A stretch of 64,000 bases of DNA from Octopus sinensis. Its lineage: Eukaryota. The stretch spans positions 18,910,001-18,974,000 of the forward strand of contig NC_043023.1 in the NCBI RefSeq assembly GCF_006345805.1, in the 5' to 3' direction. Both the position numbers and the translations under genes were made by a program. The notes below the pieces were generated by a model. It was given only the letters and a program-made list of their open reading frames with translations, did no database searches and had not been told where the DNA came from. Positions 22,851 to 35,314 of this stretch are shown here, piece by piece; the first letter of the stretch is position 1, and each line of letters begins with the position of its first letter.

Positions 22851-24092
22851 ACATTATTGGTGAATTGAAGAAATGGAGCTGAACGCAGATTGAACAGAAA
22901 TCGTTTTATTTCATTCTACACGTGTTTCGAAAGGCACAAATTACCAAAATCCGATTGAATAATGGGACCATATTGTGTCTTTCTCTTCAGGAAGAAAAAA
23001 GGAAATCCGTTGGAAAAACAAAAACAGAACAGAGGCGGAGCAAAAAACAAATCGAACTGTGCTCCTAAGAGCCCATGGCGAAACTGTTTATCAGTGTATG
23101 TTGAGAACCGGTGGCTGAAGAATTCAACGGGTCAGGCATCGGTCAATCATGTGGGTGAGGGTGTATAGATGTTCTTTGTGACCGAGAATAAAGTTCTGAC
23201 TATTTAAGGAATATTGGATGTTTTATAAGGGGCGAGAAAAAATCTACTTAGAGACGTGTGGTGTGTATACTGTTCTATATATGTGTGTGTTGGCGTAGGG
23301 GTAGAAAACATTTTTTGTGTACGTGTGTGCGTTTGATCGTTCGGCTGTCAGTGGCTACTGCCGTGATAACCGTTGGGTGGCAGAAAGAAAAAAATTTTAA
23401 AAATTATATATATATATTATGTTTTATGTGTGTGTGTGTTCATCTAAGCCTGCCTTGTCAAGGAAACCCCCCGCTGTGAAAAAACCAAGCCCCGTTTGTC
23501 TTACAGGAGTAATTCCCCTTGCAGTGGTTAATCGTAGATATCTTAAAGGCTATTTCAGAATTTGTTACCAAGGGCTAAGGGTGCCGGTATTATTTATAAA
23601 CGCTATTTAAAGGCCAGATAAGTGTAACGCCGCCAATGGGGGCATCGAAAAGCCGACTGTAAGAGCCCGTTTACCATCCGGCCTCTGGCAAACAAAATAT
23701 GGAAGAGTTCGGAGACACAAAGGTTGCACTGTCTTCTGCCCCTATCAAATGGGAGGGCCACCGACAAAATTGACCATTCCAGCCTATAGCTTAAGTTCGC
23801 ATCCTCAGTCGCCATATTAGCTTACTGAGTCCCGTGGTCTGGCGCTTGTTCACGTCCCGAAAAGTTGCGTAATGGTTGGAGACACGCAAAGACAATCTTG
23901 AGGATGATGCCCCTACATAAGTGAAGGCATCTGAGTCCGTGTAAACCTTGCATTGGTAGACGGCGTTTTTGATCTTGGAGTTCGCCGACGTGAATCTTAA
24001 TCTGCTAGGATTGGTTTCTGAAATTAGAACTGCGTTCCTGTCACTCTGTTCAATCTGCGTTCAGCTCCATTTCTTCAATTCACCAATAATGT
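22851..24092 (-). mobile_element. 5'-truncated Penelope-like element (GIY-YIG end + pLTR) with inverted terminal copy
   Basis: Minus strand YVGASSSRLSLRVSNH...LSKLIW and LEWSILSVALPFDRGRRQCNLCVSELFHI (PLE GIY-YIG). 22851-22898 is the reverse complement of 24045-24092. Contains a hammerhead. Confidence 0.85.
22909..22997 (-). ncRNA. Type I hammerhead ribozyme in the Penelope pLTR
   Basis: TTC-CTGAAGA-GAAAG...CTTTC-GAAAC-ACGT-GTA-GAA: intact core, G10.1-C11.1 pair, palindromic stem III ACACGTGT. Confidence 0.85.
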
Positions 24093-24244
24093 TTTAATTT
24101 CAATTATCCGCACCAACGCACGGTAGCAACGCCAGATGGTTGTACCTCCAACCGTGCTGTTTACTGCTGTGATTTTTGCTACTAAGGTATCGGTTAAACT
24201 TTTGATTAATCTACTACAAGATTATTCATCTTTCTATTTTACAT

Positions 24245-24281
24245 AATATATATATATATACATATATACATATATATATAC

Positions 24282-24318
<37 letters not shown>

Positions 24319-24396
24319 CATATATATATACATATATATATATACATATATATATACATATATATATACATATATAATACATATATATATATATAC

Positions 24397-24439
<43 letters not shown>

Positions 24440-24507
24440 CTATATATATATACACATATATATATACATATATATATACATATATATATATACATATATA
24501 TATATAC

Positions 24508-24544
<37 letters not shown>

Positions 24545-24564
24545 CAATATATATACATATAATA

Positions 24565-24621
<57 letters not shown>

Positions 24622-24622
24622 T
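24245..24622. repeat. (TA)n/(TACATA)n microsatellite
   Basis: Direct reading of the sequence. Confidence 0.95.
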
Positions 24623-24725
24623 TATACAATTAAGGGCTCCTAAATTAAGATGCCGAGTGCTGGGAACACAAAAAGGGGATGAATTTATCGAGAGTGAAAA
24701 TCAAAAACGTTTACCGATAACTTTA

Positions 24726-24799
24726 ACTCGAACCGCGGTTTCTGCTTCTTTCTAGCAAAACACAGAATATGTTTGCTAAGGCTAGCTTCATCAGCGAGT
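24726..24799 (-). ncRNA. Type I hammerhead ribozyme motif (A.A at base of stem II)
   Basis: ACTCG-CTGATGA-A-GCT...AGC-A-GAAAC-CGCG-GTT-CGAGT: 5-bp stem I, palindromic AACCGCGGTT. Confidence 0.75.
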
Positions 24800-25269
24800 C
24801 GCCTAAATTTAATCGAGGTCTGCAGCGATGTGGGACCATGTGTTGAACCCGACTACTAGCAGATCTTAACTTTTCAAAACTCTGCGCAGACGCAAAACTT
24901 ACGCGGCAGTATAGGGCATGCCGGGAAGAATTTTACGAATAAATCCATCATGTAATATGCGAATATAAACAAGAAGGGTAGTGGTCCCACATCGGAATTT
25001 GGAATCAGAACGTAAAGACAGACAAAACACCGCTAAGCACTTTGTCCGGCATGCTAACGCTTTTTTGTGTCCATTAACATCAGTGACTTCAAGAAATCCA
25101 ATTATTGCGACTCATTCTATTACAAACAACAGCAATAAAAACAACCTCAGTTGCCGAGCCACGGCGAAATAGCAGCCAAATCTTCCTCAAATATAACCAA
25201 ATGATATACGGATCACAAGTATATTGGCGCATAGGCGCAGGCACGGATGTTATGGGAAGAAGTGTCCTT

Positions 25270-25423
25270 CTCAACATATATGGTCCGGGTTCACTTCATG
25301 GGACCTTGGGCGAGTGTCTTCCACTGTAGCGCGGACTGACCAAAGCTTTGTGAGTGGATTTGGTAGATGGAAACTGAAAGGAAGCTTGTTGCGTGTATAC
25401 ATATATATGTGTGTATGTTTGTG

Positions 25424-25468
<45 letters not shown>

Positions 25469-25640
25469 ATCTTTCTGTCGGTTCGTCCCCAGCGTTGCTT
25501 TCTTTACATTCATGTAAATTAGCGGTTGAATAATTTACCAGGCTGTAAAAAATAAGTCAATTCATTCGACTAGAATTTCTTGAAGGCGGTGCCCCAGCAT
25601 GGACGCAGTCTAATGTCAAAATATACAAAAGATACATAAA
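25270..25640 (+). mobile_element. Diverged SINE (same family as 54620-55080)
   Basis: GGACCTTGGGCGAGTGTCTT...GTGAGTGGATTTGGTAGATGGAAACTGAAAG, then the GGCGGTGCCCCAGCATGG tail. Confidence 0.75.
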
Positions 25641-26089
25641 ACACAAGTCATTCAAATGAATAAATATATTAAAGAAATTTTTTTTTTAAATTACGAAAAT
25701 TGCTAAACAAATATTTTCAGTGTTGATATACATATGTGTGTGGCAGTAACTGCGTGTATGTATGTTGGTGCCAGTTGGTTACTGTATGTGTGTGTGTGTG
25801 ATAGGATCTGTGTGTGTGTGTGTATGAGTGTGTGTGTGTATGAGTGTGTGTGTGTGATAGTATCTGTGTGTGTGTTTTAATGTGGCTCTGAGAAGTCAGC
25901 AGCTACAGTGGGTGGGTGTAGCCGTGCGTGCGTGTGTGTTTGCATGTGTGCGTAGATGGACGGATCAATAGGTAGTCAGAAGGTGTATGAAGGGTGTGTG
26001 AATGTGTGTGTGTGTGTGTTGACATGTGTGCGCAGACGGAGTGGGAATGTGTGTGTGTGTGTATGTATGTCTCCCTCTCTTTGTCACTT

Positions 26090-26700
26090 TGTCTCTCTGC
26101 GATGCATCCAAGACTTTTGGTCTTTCCGTCAATATCAAGAAAACTGAGCTTCTGTATATTTTGATGGAAAAACATTAAAAACTGTTTCCCCTTTCACTCG
26201 TCTTCGATCCATCGTGTCCAAGGATGCGAAAATAGATCAAGAAATCGATTCCAGAATCGGGAAATCACAGGCTATGAAACAACCACAAAGTATCATAAAA
26301 GATGAAAGTTAATGTAAGACGGTTGTCTTGACAACATTGCTTTATGGTGCTGAATCTTGGACTTTGTACCAAAAGCACATCAACCAGCTTGACGCTTTTC
26401 ATATGCGATGCGTGCGTACTACCTCCAACATAAAACCGAGCGACCATATTCCTAACAGTGAGGTACGATCAGAATGCAACATATCAGGTATTAAAGTCAT
26501 CCTCATCAAAATACAGTTTAGATAGTCAGGTCATCTCTCACGTATTCCGAAGCAACTTGTCTGGGGCCAATTCCTGTCAGGAAGGTCAGTTGGAAGGCCA
26601 TTCCTGCGCTTCAAGACAAACTAAAAGACAATCTGAAACGATGCAATGTTCCATTTTCTTCTTCCTGAAACATTACATTTGTATAAACCTCCTAACTTAA
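26090..26700 (+). mobile_element. Decayed RTE-clade LINE fragment
   Basis: TTLLYGAESWTLYQKHINQLDAFHMRCVR motif; stops and frameshifts. Confidence 0.8.
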
Positions 26701-27240
26701 AACTGTTATCTACACATTATTGCAAAGGAGTATATCTGAAAGGGACACTAGAATTCATTCTCAAGAATATATAAGACTCGCTAAGAGTCAGATCCTTAAA
26801 CTCTCAGTCGAGATTTTGTCATTGAAATTCTTACATTACAAAGCTGACTGTGATGTTGTAGGAAGTACTGTTGTCCTTAATTATCAGTTTCCCAAGATAC
26901 TTATAAATCATTAACCTCATATAAAAGCTGACAACTGAATATAAAAAGTTGATGTTTACTGATGGGACCTTGGAAATATATTGATATTTCATTTATATTT
27001 CAGTAAAATGTATTAGTCTTATGTTGCAGACAGTACTCTTTTGATGTGGGACAGGTTTCCTACTTGGATAAAGACAATATTCAGTGGGTGTAGTCATGGA
27101 TATACTATCAAAGAGAAAAGACACCTGGGACATCTTTTATCATACGTCTGTCAGATTATGACAGATCTGGGTCGATACAACATTATTCCATTCCATAATG
27201 TCATGTGACAAACAGACAGATCATCAAATCATATTCTTAC

Positions 27241-27381
27241 CAACTCTCCTTTTGCTTTCTATACATGTTTTACACTTGGGGCATCTTTTAAGTTGAAGTT
27301 TTGCTACAATCTTCACATAAAACAGTATGTGCACAGGGTTGTAACTCCATGCTGGCTTCATTCACTTCACAAAGCATACAT
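27241..27381 (-). CDS. RING-finger (C3HC4, Mind bomb/IAP type) exon; not in the ORF track
   Basis: Acceptor TTTTTTCCACAG at 27382 and donor GTAAG at 27240. Reads CMLCEVNEASMELQPCAHTVLCEDCSK then LQLKRCPKCKTCIESKRRV if one A is removed from the A4 run at 27299-27302. Confidence 0.8.
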
Positions 27382-28399
27382 CTGTGGAAAAAACATAAAA
27401 CACATCCCACCTATAACATTCATTTCTAACAAATATTACATGTTTGTTTTATGTTTACAGTACAGAATATTATGAAACACCAGACTGACCAGAGTGAGGT
27501 GCATGGCTAAGTTGTTAGGCTTTTGGACTCATAGAGTAAAATTGCGGTTTCAATTCCTGGACAAGGCGATGTGTAAAGTTCTTTAGCAAAACACTTCAGT
27601 CTAGGTTTGCCCTGCATACAAACCTGCCCCTTGTTATAGGTGAGTCCATGTTCATTGATCTACATCTTATCAACTTCAGATGTGTTCCTCCAAAACAATT
27701 TTATTTGCCTCAGTTGATTGGATCAAAACCCAAACGAGTTAGATTCACCTTCTACTGAGCTATGTGCATACTATTTAGCTTCTTATAAGGACAGGTGTGA
27801 TAAATTGAGCTCTTCGTCATTCACCACCTGATACACACCTGAAGTTACATATTGTAGGTCCCTTAAATCATGACTCAATACCAGATGAAAAAGGGATGCA
27901 AACTGGTCTGAGGATATCCTCTTCCATGAACCATGACAGATTTAAATCGAGATACAAATTATTGTTTAAAAATACCCACAGTTTATGCAATAAAGTTCAC
28001 TATTTTTGATTCCTAAGTTAAAAGTACTGATTCCAATCTCATTTGTTAAACCTGGACACATTCTTTACTGTGCAATGGTGTTTTTAGCATGGCTGGCTAC
28101 ATTTTCTTTCACAAAGACCTCTTTCATTACCTTGGAGGTGGTGCGATGGTCTATGCTTGCTCAAGCTTTTCAGAAATTGCTTGTGAAGATTTAAACCAGT
28201 CACAAGAGGAATTTTTCTGCGACATAAAAGCACATCAACATTTACCATCCTCGAAACTTTTTAGAGCTGCATCTATCAAAATGGTCACCTATGTTCTCAT
28301 ACTTGTGATTTCAATTACCCAATATTGATTAGGAAATCTTTCACTGGCCACAAAATGCAACCGATTTCCTTCATTTAATGTTAGATTCAAACTAATCCC

Positions 28400-29760
28400 A
28401 AGTAGTCCTCTCTCCCATAAAAGGTAACAACACTTTCGATCTGCTATTTACCACTGCTCCTGAAATTATCAGCCTCAATAGTGATGAACCCTTAGGTGAC
28501 TCTGATCATACTCCAATCTTGCAAAAATATTTCTAATGCATAGAAAGAAAAGCCACCATAACCTCCAAACTGCTTCGTTTTCCTGGAACTCCGACTGTAC
28601 TGAGGTATAGTTCCCTGACTGGCTTCGACTTTACAATTCTGGAGATGTCAAGACTAACCTTCAGCACATCCATCCTTAATTCATGAAAAAGTGTCGGTGC
28701 CATGCAAACGTTTTAGAAGCCTGAATATGTGAGAGACTGCCAGGAAATATCGATGAGATGCTGGACGTGATAAAGAACAGGGGATAAAAGAAGAAGGGAA
28801 AATGGACATACCCTGCCATATTAAAGGAGTGACAAATGTACCGTTTTCACTGCTACTGAGATCAAATTCCATAAAACCTGTTGAATTCTGCAATATCGCA
28901 ATGCTAATTGAAGCATATGTGCAATTATGCTTCCTCTTGTCTTGGTGGTGTTATTCATCTGCTTCTCAAAGGGTGCACCCTTTTTCTACTGCACCAGCTT
29001 TTTGTCCTCTTCTAATTCACACTTAGCCCAGTTTAATGGAAAGTTGCCATTATCCTCCCCCGTTCAAAAAGGGAGTGAGCAGACATCCCCTGTTGATTAC
29101 CATCCAGTCAGTCTCACAGAATTAATGAATCTACAGGAAGACATTTTGGAACATCTGGAACCCTCATAAGCTTATTCAAACTCCAACCATTTCGATTTAT
29201 CCCTAACTGTTGCTGCATTGAATTTCTTCACAGATGGTGGTTCATGGGTGGATATTATCTCTATCAACTTCACCAAAGTCTTTAATTCCATGCCACAGTG
29301 ATCAATTACGGCACAACTGTCTGGAATGGGTGCGAGGACTAAATTATATAACTGCTTAAAATATAACTTCTTCAATCTGACCTGGATACAATGCAGCAAT
29401 GCACTGCTGATTGCAAACTCAAGCTGGCCATAGAATGGTGCACCACTATACACTTTGGAATGAAAATTCCAAAATTTACCAACTCTCTCCAGAACACAGC
29501 AAACTTCAAAAGTCTGCAGGTGAACTTGACCGTGACATTAATGTCAACAATGATGTGTAATGCATGAACCACATTTCTAAAAATCATCAGAAATATCAAA
29601 GTATTGCTCAGTAAAACCTCTGCCGTCAATTTGTCAAGTTATCAGTTTTAAATATGCCTGGCTATCATACGTCTACCTTACAGTTTACATTTCCAATCTG
29701 GAATCCCCATCCTGTCCAGATATCTATTCAGAGAAGAACAACAAGGCAAATGCTCTCTCT
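28400..29760 (+). mobile_element. Highly decayed CR1/L2-type LINE
   Basis: Remnants GNNTFDLLFT (endonuclease end) and VDIISINFTKVFNSMP (RT; cf. VDxIYLDFSKAFDSVPH). Confidence 0.6.
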
Positions 29761-30566
29761 TAGTTACCATATCTTGAATATATTGCTTCTCTGGGTATTG
29801 ACATCTTATTAGATGCTATATACCTTTGCTTCAATCTGATCTCCAAACCAGGCAAATACTCTCTGTTAGTCACCATATACTGAATGTATTGTTTCTCTGG
29901 GTATCAGCACACTAAAGTTTTGAAGTCTAGCAGCTAATCTGGTATAATCCCTTAGGTTTATACATAATCTTGCCAACAACAACTTTGGCAACATTTTTGA
30001 ATTCAAAATCTCAGCCAGCAGCAGACATTCTTATAAAATTAAAATAAAAAACAGTGCAGCACCCATGACTTTACGAAATACTTTATCTCACTCAGAATTA
30101 TTTAAGCACACAACAAACCACCTGAGTCAGCTGTTAGCTGTCAGCATACGGCATCCTTCAAAATATTCTTTTCTTACCGAGGATATATAGCCAGTACAAG
30201 GTGTTGATGTGGCTGCGTGTATGTTATTTACAAGAGTTCATAAAGAGATGAAGAATAAATTCAAGACCTATATATTTACTACGGAAAAATATATTTTATT
30301 TACTGGTCGATGACGATACACAGAATTAATATGTAGCATCTAGTTGAATGAAATAATCTATACAAGAAAGTTCAGAGATAGGAAATATAGAAAAAATAGC
30401 CAAGTGGTGGCTTTCAGCCATGTGTCGTAGAGAAACAGACGGACATAGCAATGACGTGAATGGCTCTAAGTCTAATCGACTAAGAAGCAAAGAGCAGGGT
30501 TAGCAAGCTTACATACACACATACATGCTTACATACATAACTACGTACGTATATATCCATATATAT

Positions 30567-30609
<43 letters not shown>

Positions 30610-31494
30610 AATACATATACCCGAAAACAACCACCCACACATATATGTATATATATATACATACACATACATACTGTTAACTAAAATAGTATTAAGAATC
30701 ATTAAAATTAAGATAATATTAATTGTTAATACAACGAAAGGGGTTGGAAGGGTAATTCGTAATATACAAAAAAGAGGGGCCTAAAAGGGTAGAAAGACGT
30801 AAGGGTTAATAAAAGGCAAAGGTTGGAAAATATTCAGATAAAATTTATAAGAAGGGTATAAACTCAAAACACAGATTTACCATAACCAGTGTAAAGAAGA
30901 TGTAGGTTATTTGCATAAGATACATAATTAAAAATTACACCACATATTCCGTAAACAATCAGAAGACTAGGAAACCGTCCAGATATCAACACTTGTAAAT
31001 TTTATCTGAATATTTTCCAACAGTAATCAGACACAAGAACAGGAGTAAAGAGGGAGGACAATTTATTAAATGAACCCCTGGATATTACCGGTACAGATTT
31101 TGACCCCAGGAGTTGAACTTGGAACACAAACAGATCAAAGTAAGGGGATGATTCTGCATTTAGCCCAAGGCCAGAGGAAAGAGGAAAATTTCAAGAGAAG
31201 GGGTGTGAGGTGTTTTACATGGAATGAAAGGAAGAAGGGAGACGATTTGAACCTGTAACATTGAGGTAACGAAGGATGAGATGAAGTAAAGAATCCAGTC
31301 AGGTAACAACAAAACAACATCAACAACAATAATTATGAGGATTAATTAATGAAGTTAGATTAGTGTCATTAGAGTGTGAGAGAGAGAGGTGAAGCATGAC
31401 GACCCATGGTGGGATTATGACATGAATGACTCGAAACAAGAAAACAAACATTAAAGAAACAGATTTGGATAATCCAAATCCATTGGGGACTTAC

Positions 31495-31751
31495 TTTCGA
31501 ACTGCCAGATGTAGAGGGGTGTTACCCTCTTCGTTCACCTTATTGGCATCGATGCCATTCTGTTGCAGGAGAAGTTCAACAACTTCCTTGTGTCCATGAG
31601 CAGAGGCAAGATGTAGAGGGGTACAACCTTGCTTGGTCTCAGCTTTAACATCCGTGCCATTCTGTTGCAGGAGAAGTTCAACAACGTCCTTGCTTCCATA
31701 ACGACAGGCAAAATGGAGAGCTGTCCAGCCCAATTTATTTTGCTGATTAAC
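31495..31751 (-). CDS. Ankyrin-repeat exon (~2.5 repeats)
   Basis: VNQQNKLGWTALHFACRYGSKDVVELLLQQNGTDVKAETKQGCTPLHLASAHGHKEVVELLL...GNTPLHLAVR. Acceptor CTTTTTTAG at 31752, donor GTAAGT at 31494, phase 0 to 2. Confidence 0.9.
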
Positions 31752-32510
31752 CTAAAAAAGATAAACAATAAAGACATTAAAGATGGTGTTTATTGGGAGA
31801 AGAAGGAAAAAAATGAAAAATGTCAGAAAAACAGAATCAGATTAATTTAAACAGGTGGAATGAAGGTGGGGGGAAAATAAATGAGATTTATAATGTATCT
31901 ATACACACACACATTTGTGTATGCATATATATATATATATACACTCTCGCGCATACATATATACATAAATACCTATATATACATACGTGTTTTATATCTT
32001 CACGGATCATTTGTTTATGCATTTTTGTGTATATATGCGTTTATGTGTGTGTATATTTGTGTATGTATGTACAGGTCTGTGTGAGCTGAAGAAAAATTTT
32101 TAATTAAAAAAATATAAACTGTTTCGAGAAACTGGCGAACAAATAATTTCAGATTTGTGAGACCAACTCCGAATGATCGCCCGTTTTTTTTCCAATGAAA
32201 TTTAACAGAAATCCACCCTTTTCAATGTTGTAGCAAAGAATTATGTGTGGATTGTGGGAAAGAAAGTGGAAAAGTGCGTGTTGAGGGTGGAAGGGTATTG
32301 GTCTGCAACTCATCAAAGATATTTCATTACCATAATCATTATCTACACACAAGGAAATGAGCAACTTTTATTTAAAAAATATAAATCGTCAATAATGAAG
32401 AAACTAGATTTGGGGCACTAAACTGTATGTATACATCATATACATACAACACAAACCAACATACATATCATTATACACACACATATATATATATATATAT
32501 ATTCGCTGAC

Positions 32511-32667
32511 CTGTAAATTGTTTTTTTCTTTGCTGGTTAACAGGACTTTGACTACATCTTCATATTTATTCGCCACAGCCCAATGTAGAGGTGTGTCGCC
32601 CCCTGAGTTCTGCTTATTAACATTTGCTCCACTGGAGACTAATAAGGCCACAGCATCCGTTCGGTGG
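32511..32667 (-). CDS. Ankyrin-repeat exon
   Basis: HRTDAVALLVSSGANVNKQNSGGDTPLHWAVANKYEDVVKVLLTSKEKNNLQ. Acceptor TCCTTTCAG, donor GTCAG; ends in phase 0, matching the next exon. Confidence 0.88.
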
Positions 32668-33084
32668 CTGAAAGGAGATAAACAAACATAAAACATCACA
32701 TTCACTTAATAATTACATCAAATATACACTCATGTTCCATTAAATGCATAAAAACCTATGTATACTACAGCCTCGTGTGTGTGTATATATATATATATAT
32801 AGTTCCTGTTGTTTTTTGCCATATTTTGTTGTTTTTAAAAAAATGTCCAGTTCCTTTGGTTTGTGTCTATGTTTCCGTTTCTCATTGTGTTCGACGTCCT
32901 TTTGGTGTCCTGTACTCATATATGCGTGTATATGTACATGTAGAGGTAGGGACGTACATATATGTTTATATATATGCATATGTTTTATTTCATTTATTAA
33001 TATATATATATATGCAAATATGTATGTATGTAAAAGCAAACCTACACAAATATGCCCCAGACGAATGTTTCCTTGTAACTTCTA

Positions 33085-33690
33085 GAAAAATGGATGTTTT
33101 TCAATGAAATTTCTTTCACAAATATCATTCAAATGGCAAATATTCCAATTATATCGGAATTTGTTGTGAGAAAAAACTTTCCGGTGGGTGGAGAGAGAAA
33201 TTTAGGAAAGTTCACCCGAGTCGGCTTTCTTTCCAAAAAAATAGATATTTTCAATAAAACTGTTTCAGATGGTGAAGATTTCGATTATATCGGAATTTAA
33301 TATGAAGAAAATTATAAAAATTGGTGGATTCGCACAGATATACACTGACACAAAACAGAAAATAAAAAGATGAACTTTGGGAAAATAACCGTGATGTGTG
33401 TCAGTATGTATGTGTGCGAAACCATCAAATTTTTAAAGTTTTTTCATGTTAAATTCCGATATAATCCTCATCTACACCATTTAAAAGGGATTTGTAGAAA
33501 TTTTCACAGAAACAAAATATCCACTTTTCTGAAAGTTATAGAAAAACAAAACGGATTTGGGTGAATTTTGAGAAAGTCAACTCCTCAACGTTTGAAAATT
33601 TGTTTTTACAACAATTTCCGATATAATTGGAATCTTCATCATCTGAAGCATTTTTGTCAAAGAAATTTCATTAAAAAATATCAATTTGTC
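33085..33690. mobile_element. MITE-like element with long degenerate inverted arms
   Basis: ATGAAATTTCTTT...TCCAATTATATCGGAA (~33104-33160) is mirrored by TTCCGATATAATTGGA...AAAGAAATTTCAT (~33615-33671). Confidence 0.6.
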
Positions 33691-34229
33691 TCAAAGTTAT
33701 AAGGAAACAAATTCGTCGTGGGGCCCAGTTGTGTACGTATGCCTATACATATGGACGCATATATATATTTATATATATAAGCCTGTCTCACTTTTCGGCA
33801 TTTCCTGTTTCATTAAGTTTTTTTTCTATTTCGAACCTCGTCCTGCCATAGAGATTTCTCCCTCGTGGGGTCTCCCTTCTCTCTCTCTCTTTCCCCCTCT
33901 TCTATCTAACACGCCAATCGTCCCCCCTCCCCCCAGAAAAACCCCTAATCTCTATATAAACCTGTGTTTGCTCGGTTCCTGCCTCCACTCGATTCCTCAT
34001 TGCTTTGCTTCGGATGATAAACTTGGATTTCAGAAATGTGCAGCTAAGATAACCTTGTTTCATTACCGTTTAGGCGCTGATCTCTAACCCTGATACCTTC
34101 TCCCCTCTCTATTAACTATCTCCCTCCTTTCTATTTTAAGAATTTTAACCAATGAAATCCCAACATCTTCGAATTTTAACCAATGAAATCCCAGCATTGC
34201 TGCGTTATCGATATTGATAAAGAAATATA

Positions 34230-34730
34230 GCAGACGCACGACACACACACACACACACACACTCTCTCTCTCTCAAACACATGCATATACATTTGCACAA
34301 GCACATAGTAATTAATATATAAGCGTACACACACATACAAACGACACACACACACACACACTCTCTCTCTCTCTCTCTCAAACACATGCATATACATTTG
34401 CACAAGCACATAGTAATTAATATATAAGCGTACACACACACACAAACGACACACACACACACACTCTCTCTCTCTCTCTCAAACACATGCATATACATTT
34501 GCACAAGCACATAGTAATTAATATATAAGCGTACACACACACACAAACGACACACACACACAAACGACACACACACACACACTCTCTCTCTCTCTCTCTC
34601 AAACACATGCATATACATTTGCACAAGCATATAGTAATTAATATATAAGCGTACACACACATACAAACGACACACACACACACTCTCTCTCTCAAACACA
34701 TGCATATACGTTTGCACAAGGACATAGTAA
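34230..34730. repeat. ~100-125-bp minisatellite containing CA/CT microsatellites (also 36864-37279 and 38887-39020)
   Basis: Unit CAAACACATGCATATACATTTGCACAAGCACATAGTAATTAATATATAAGCGTACAC... is repeated. Confidence 0.9.
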
Positions 34731-35209
34731 TCTCTTATTATAAAAGGCAGATTTTATCTGCCTCCCTTTGGGAGTTATACAAATCTACAATATAGGATTT
34801 CTTCAATTACAATTTACCTACCATTTTTAAGAGTACAATGCATCGCGTCATGCCAGGTCAGGTTTTTAAAATTTAAACTCCAATTAAGCAAAATTTACAG
34901 AAAACTCACATTCTGGTGTGTGTGTGTCAAATGCTTTTCTTAGTCTGGTTACACCACACGCAAACGCACACACACAGTGGGCAACGAATAAAGTGAAACT
35001 AGATATAATATTTGTTTCTCTCTATCACGCTGATAGATACATGAGTAAAATGTATGGGAAGCTAACACATAAGTGTGAGTGAAAATGTTCTTTGAAGAGA
35101 GTAAATAGCCAGAGATAGTGATTTGAGGAAGACTTTACATTAAATAACCGTACTGGCTTGTGTTAGTAATAAAGTAAACATACACTCATACATACATACA
35201 TACATACAT

Positions 35210-35240
<31 letters not shown>

Positions 35241-35280
35241 TACATACATACATACACACACACATACATACACACATACA

Positions 35281-35314
<34 letters not shown>

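Noticed and set aside
27600-27850. Possible extra exon between the ankyrin and RING exons
   Set aside because: Stops in all three minus-strand frames after the candidate acceptor.
30955-30990. CAGAAGA-CTAG-GAAAC-C-GTC motif
   Set aside because: Mutated core and no credible stems I and II.
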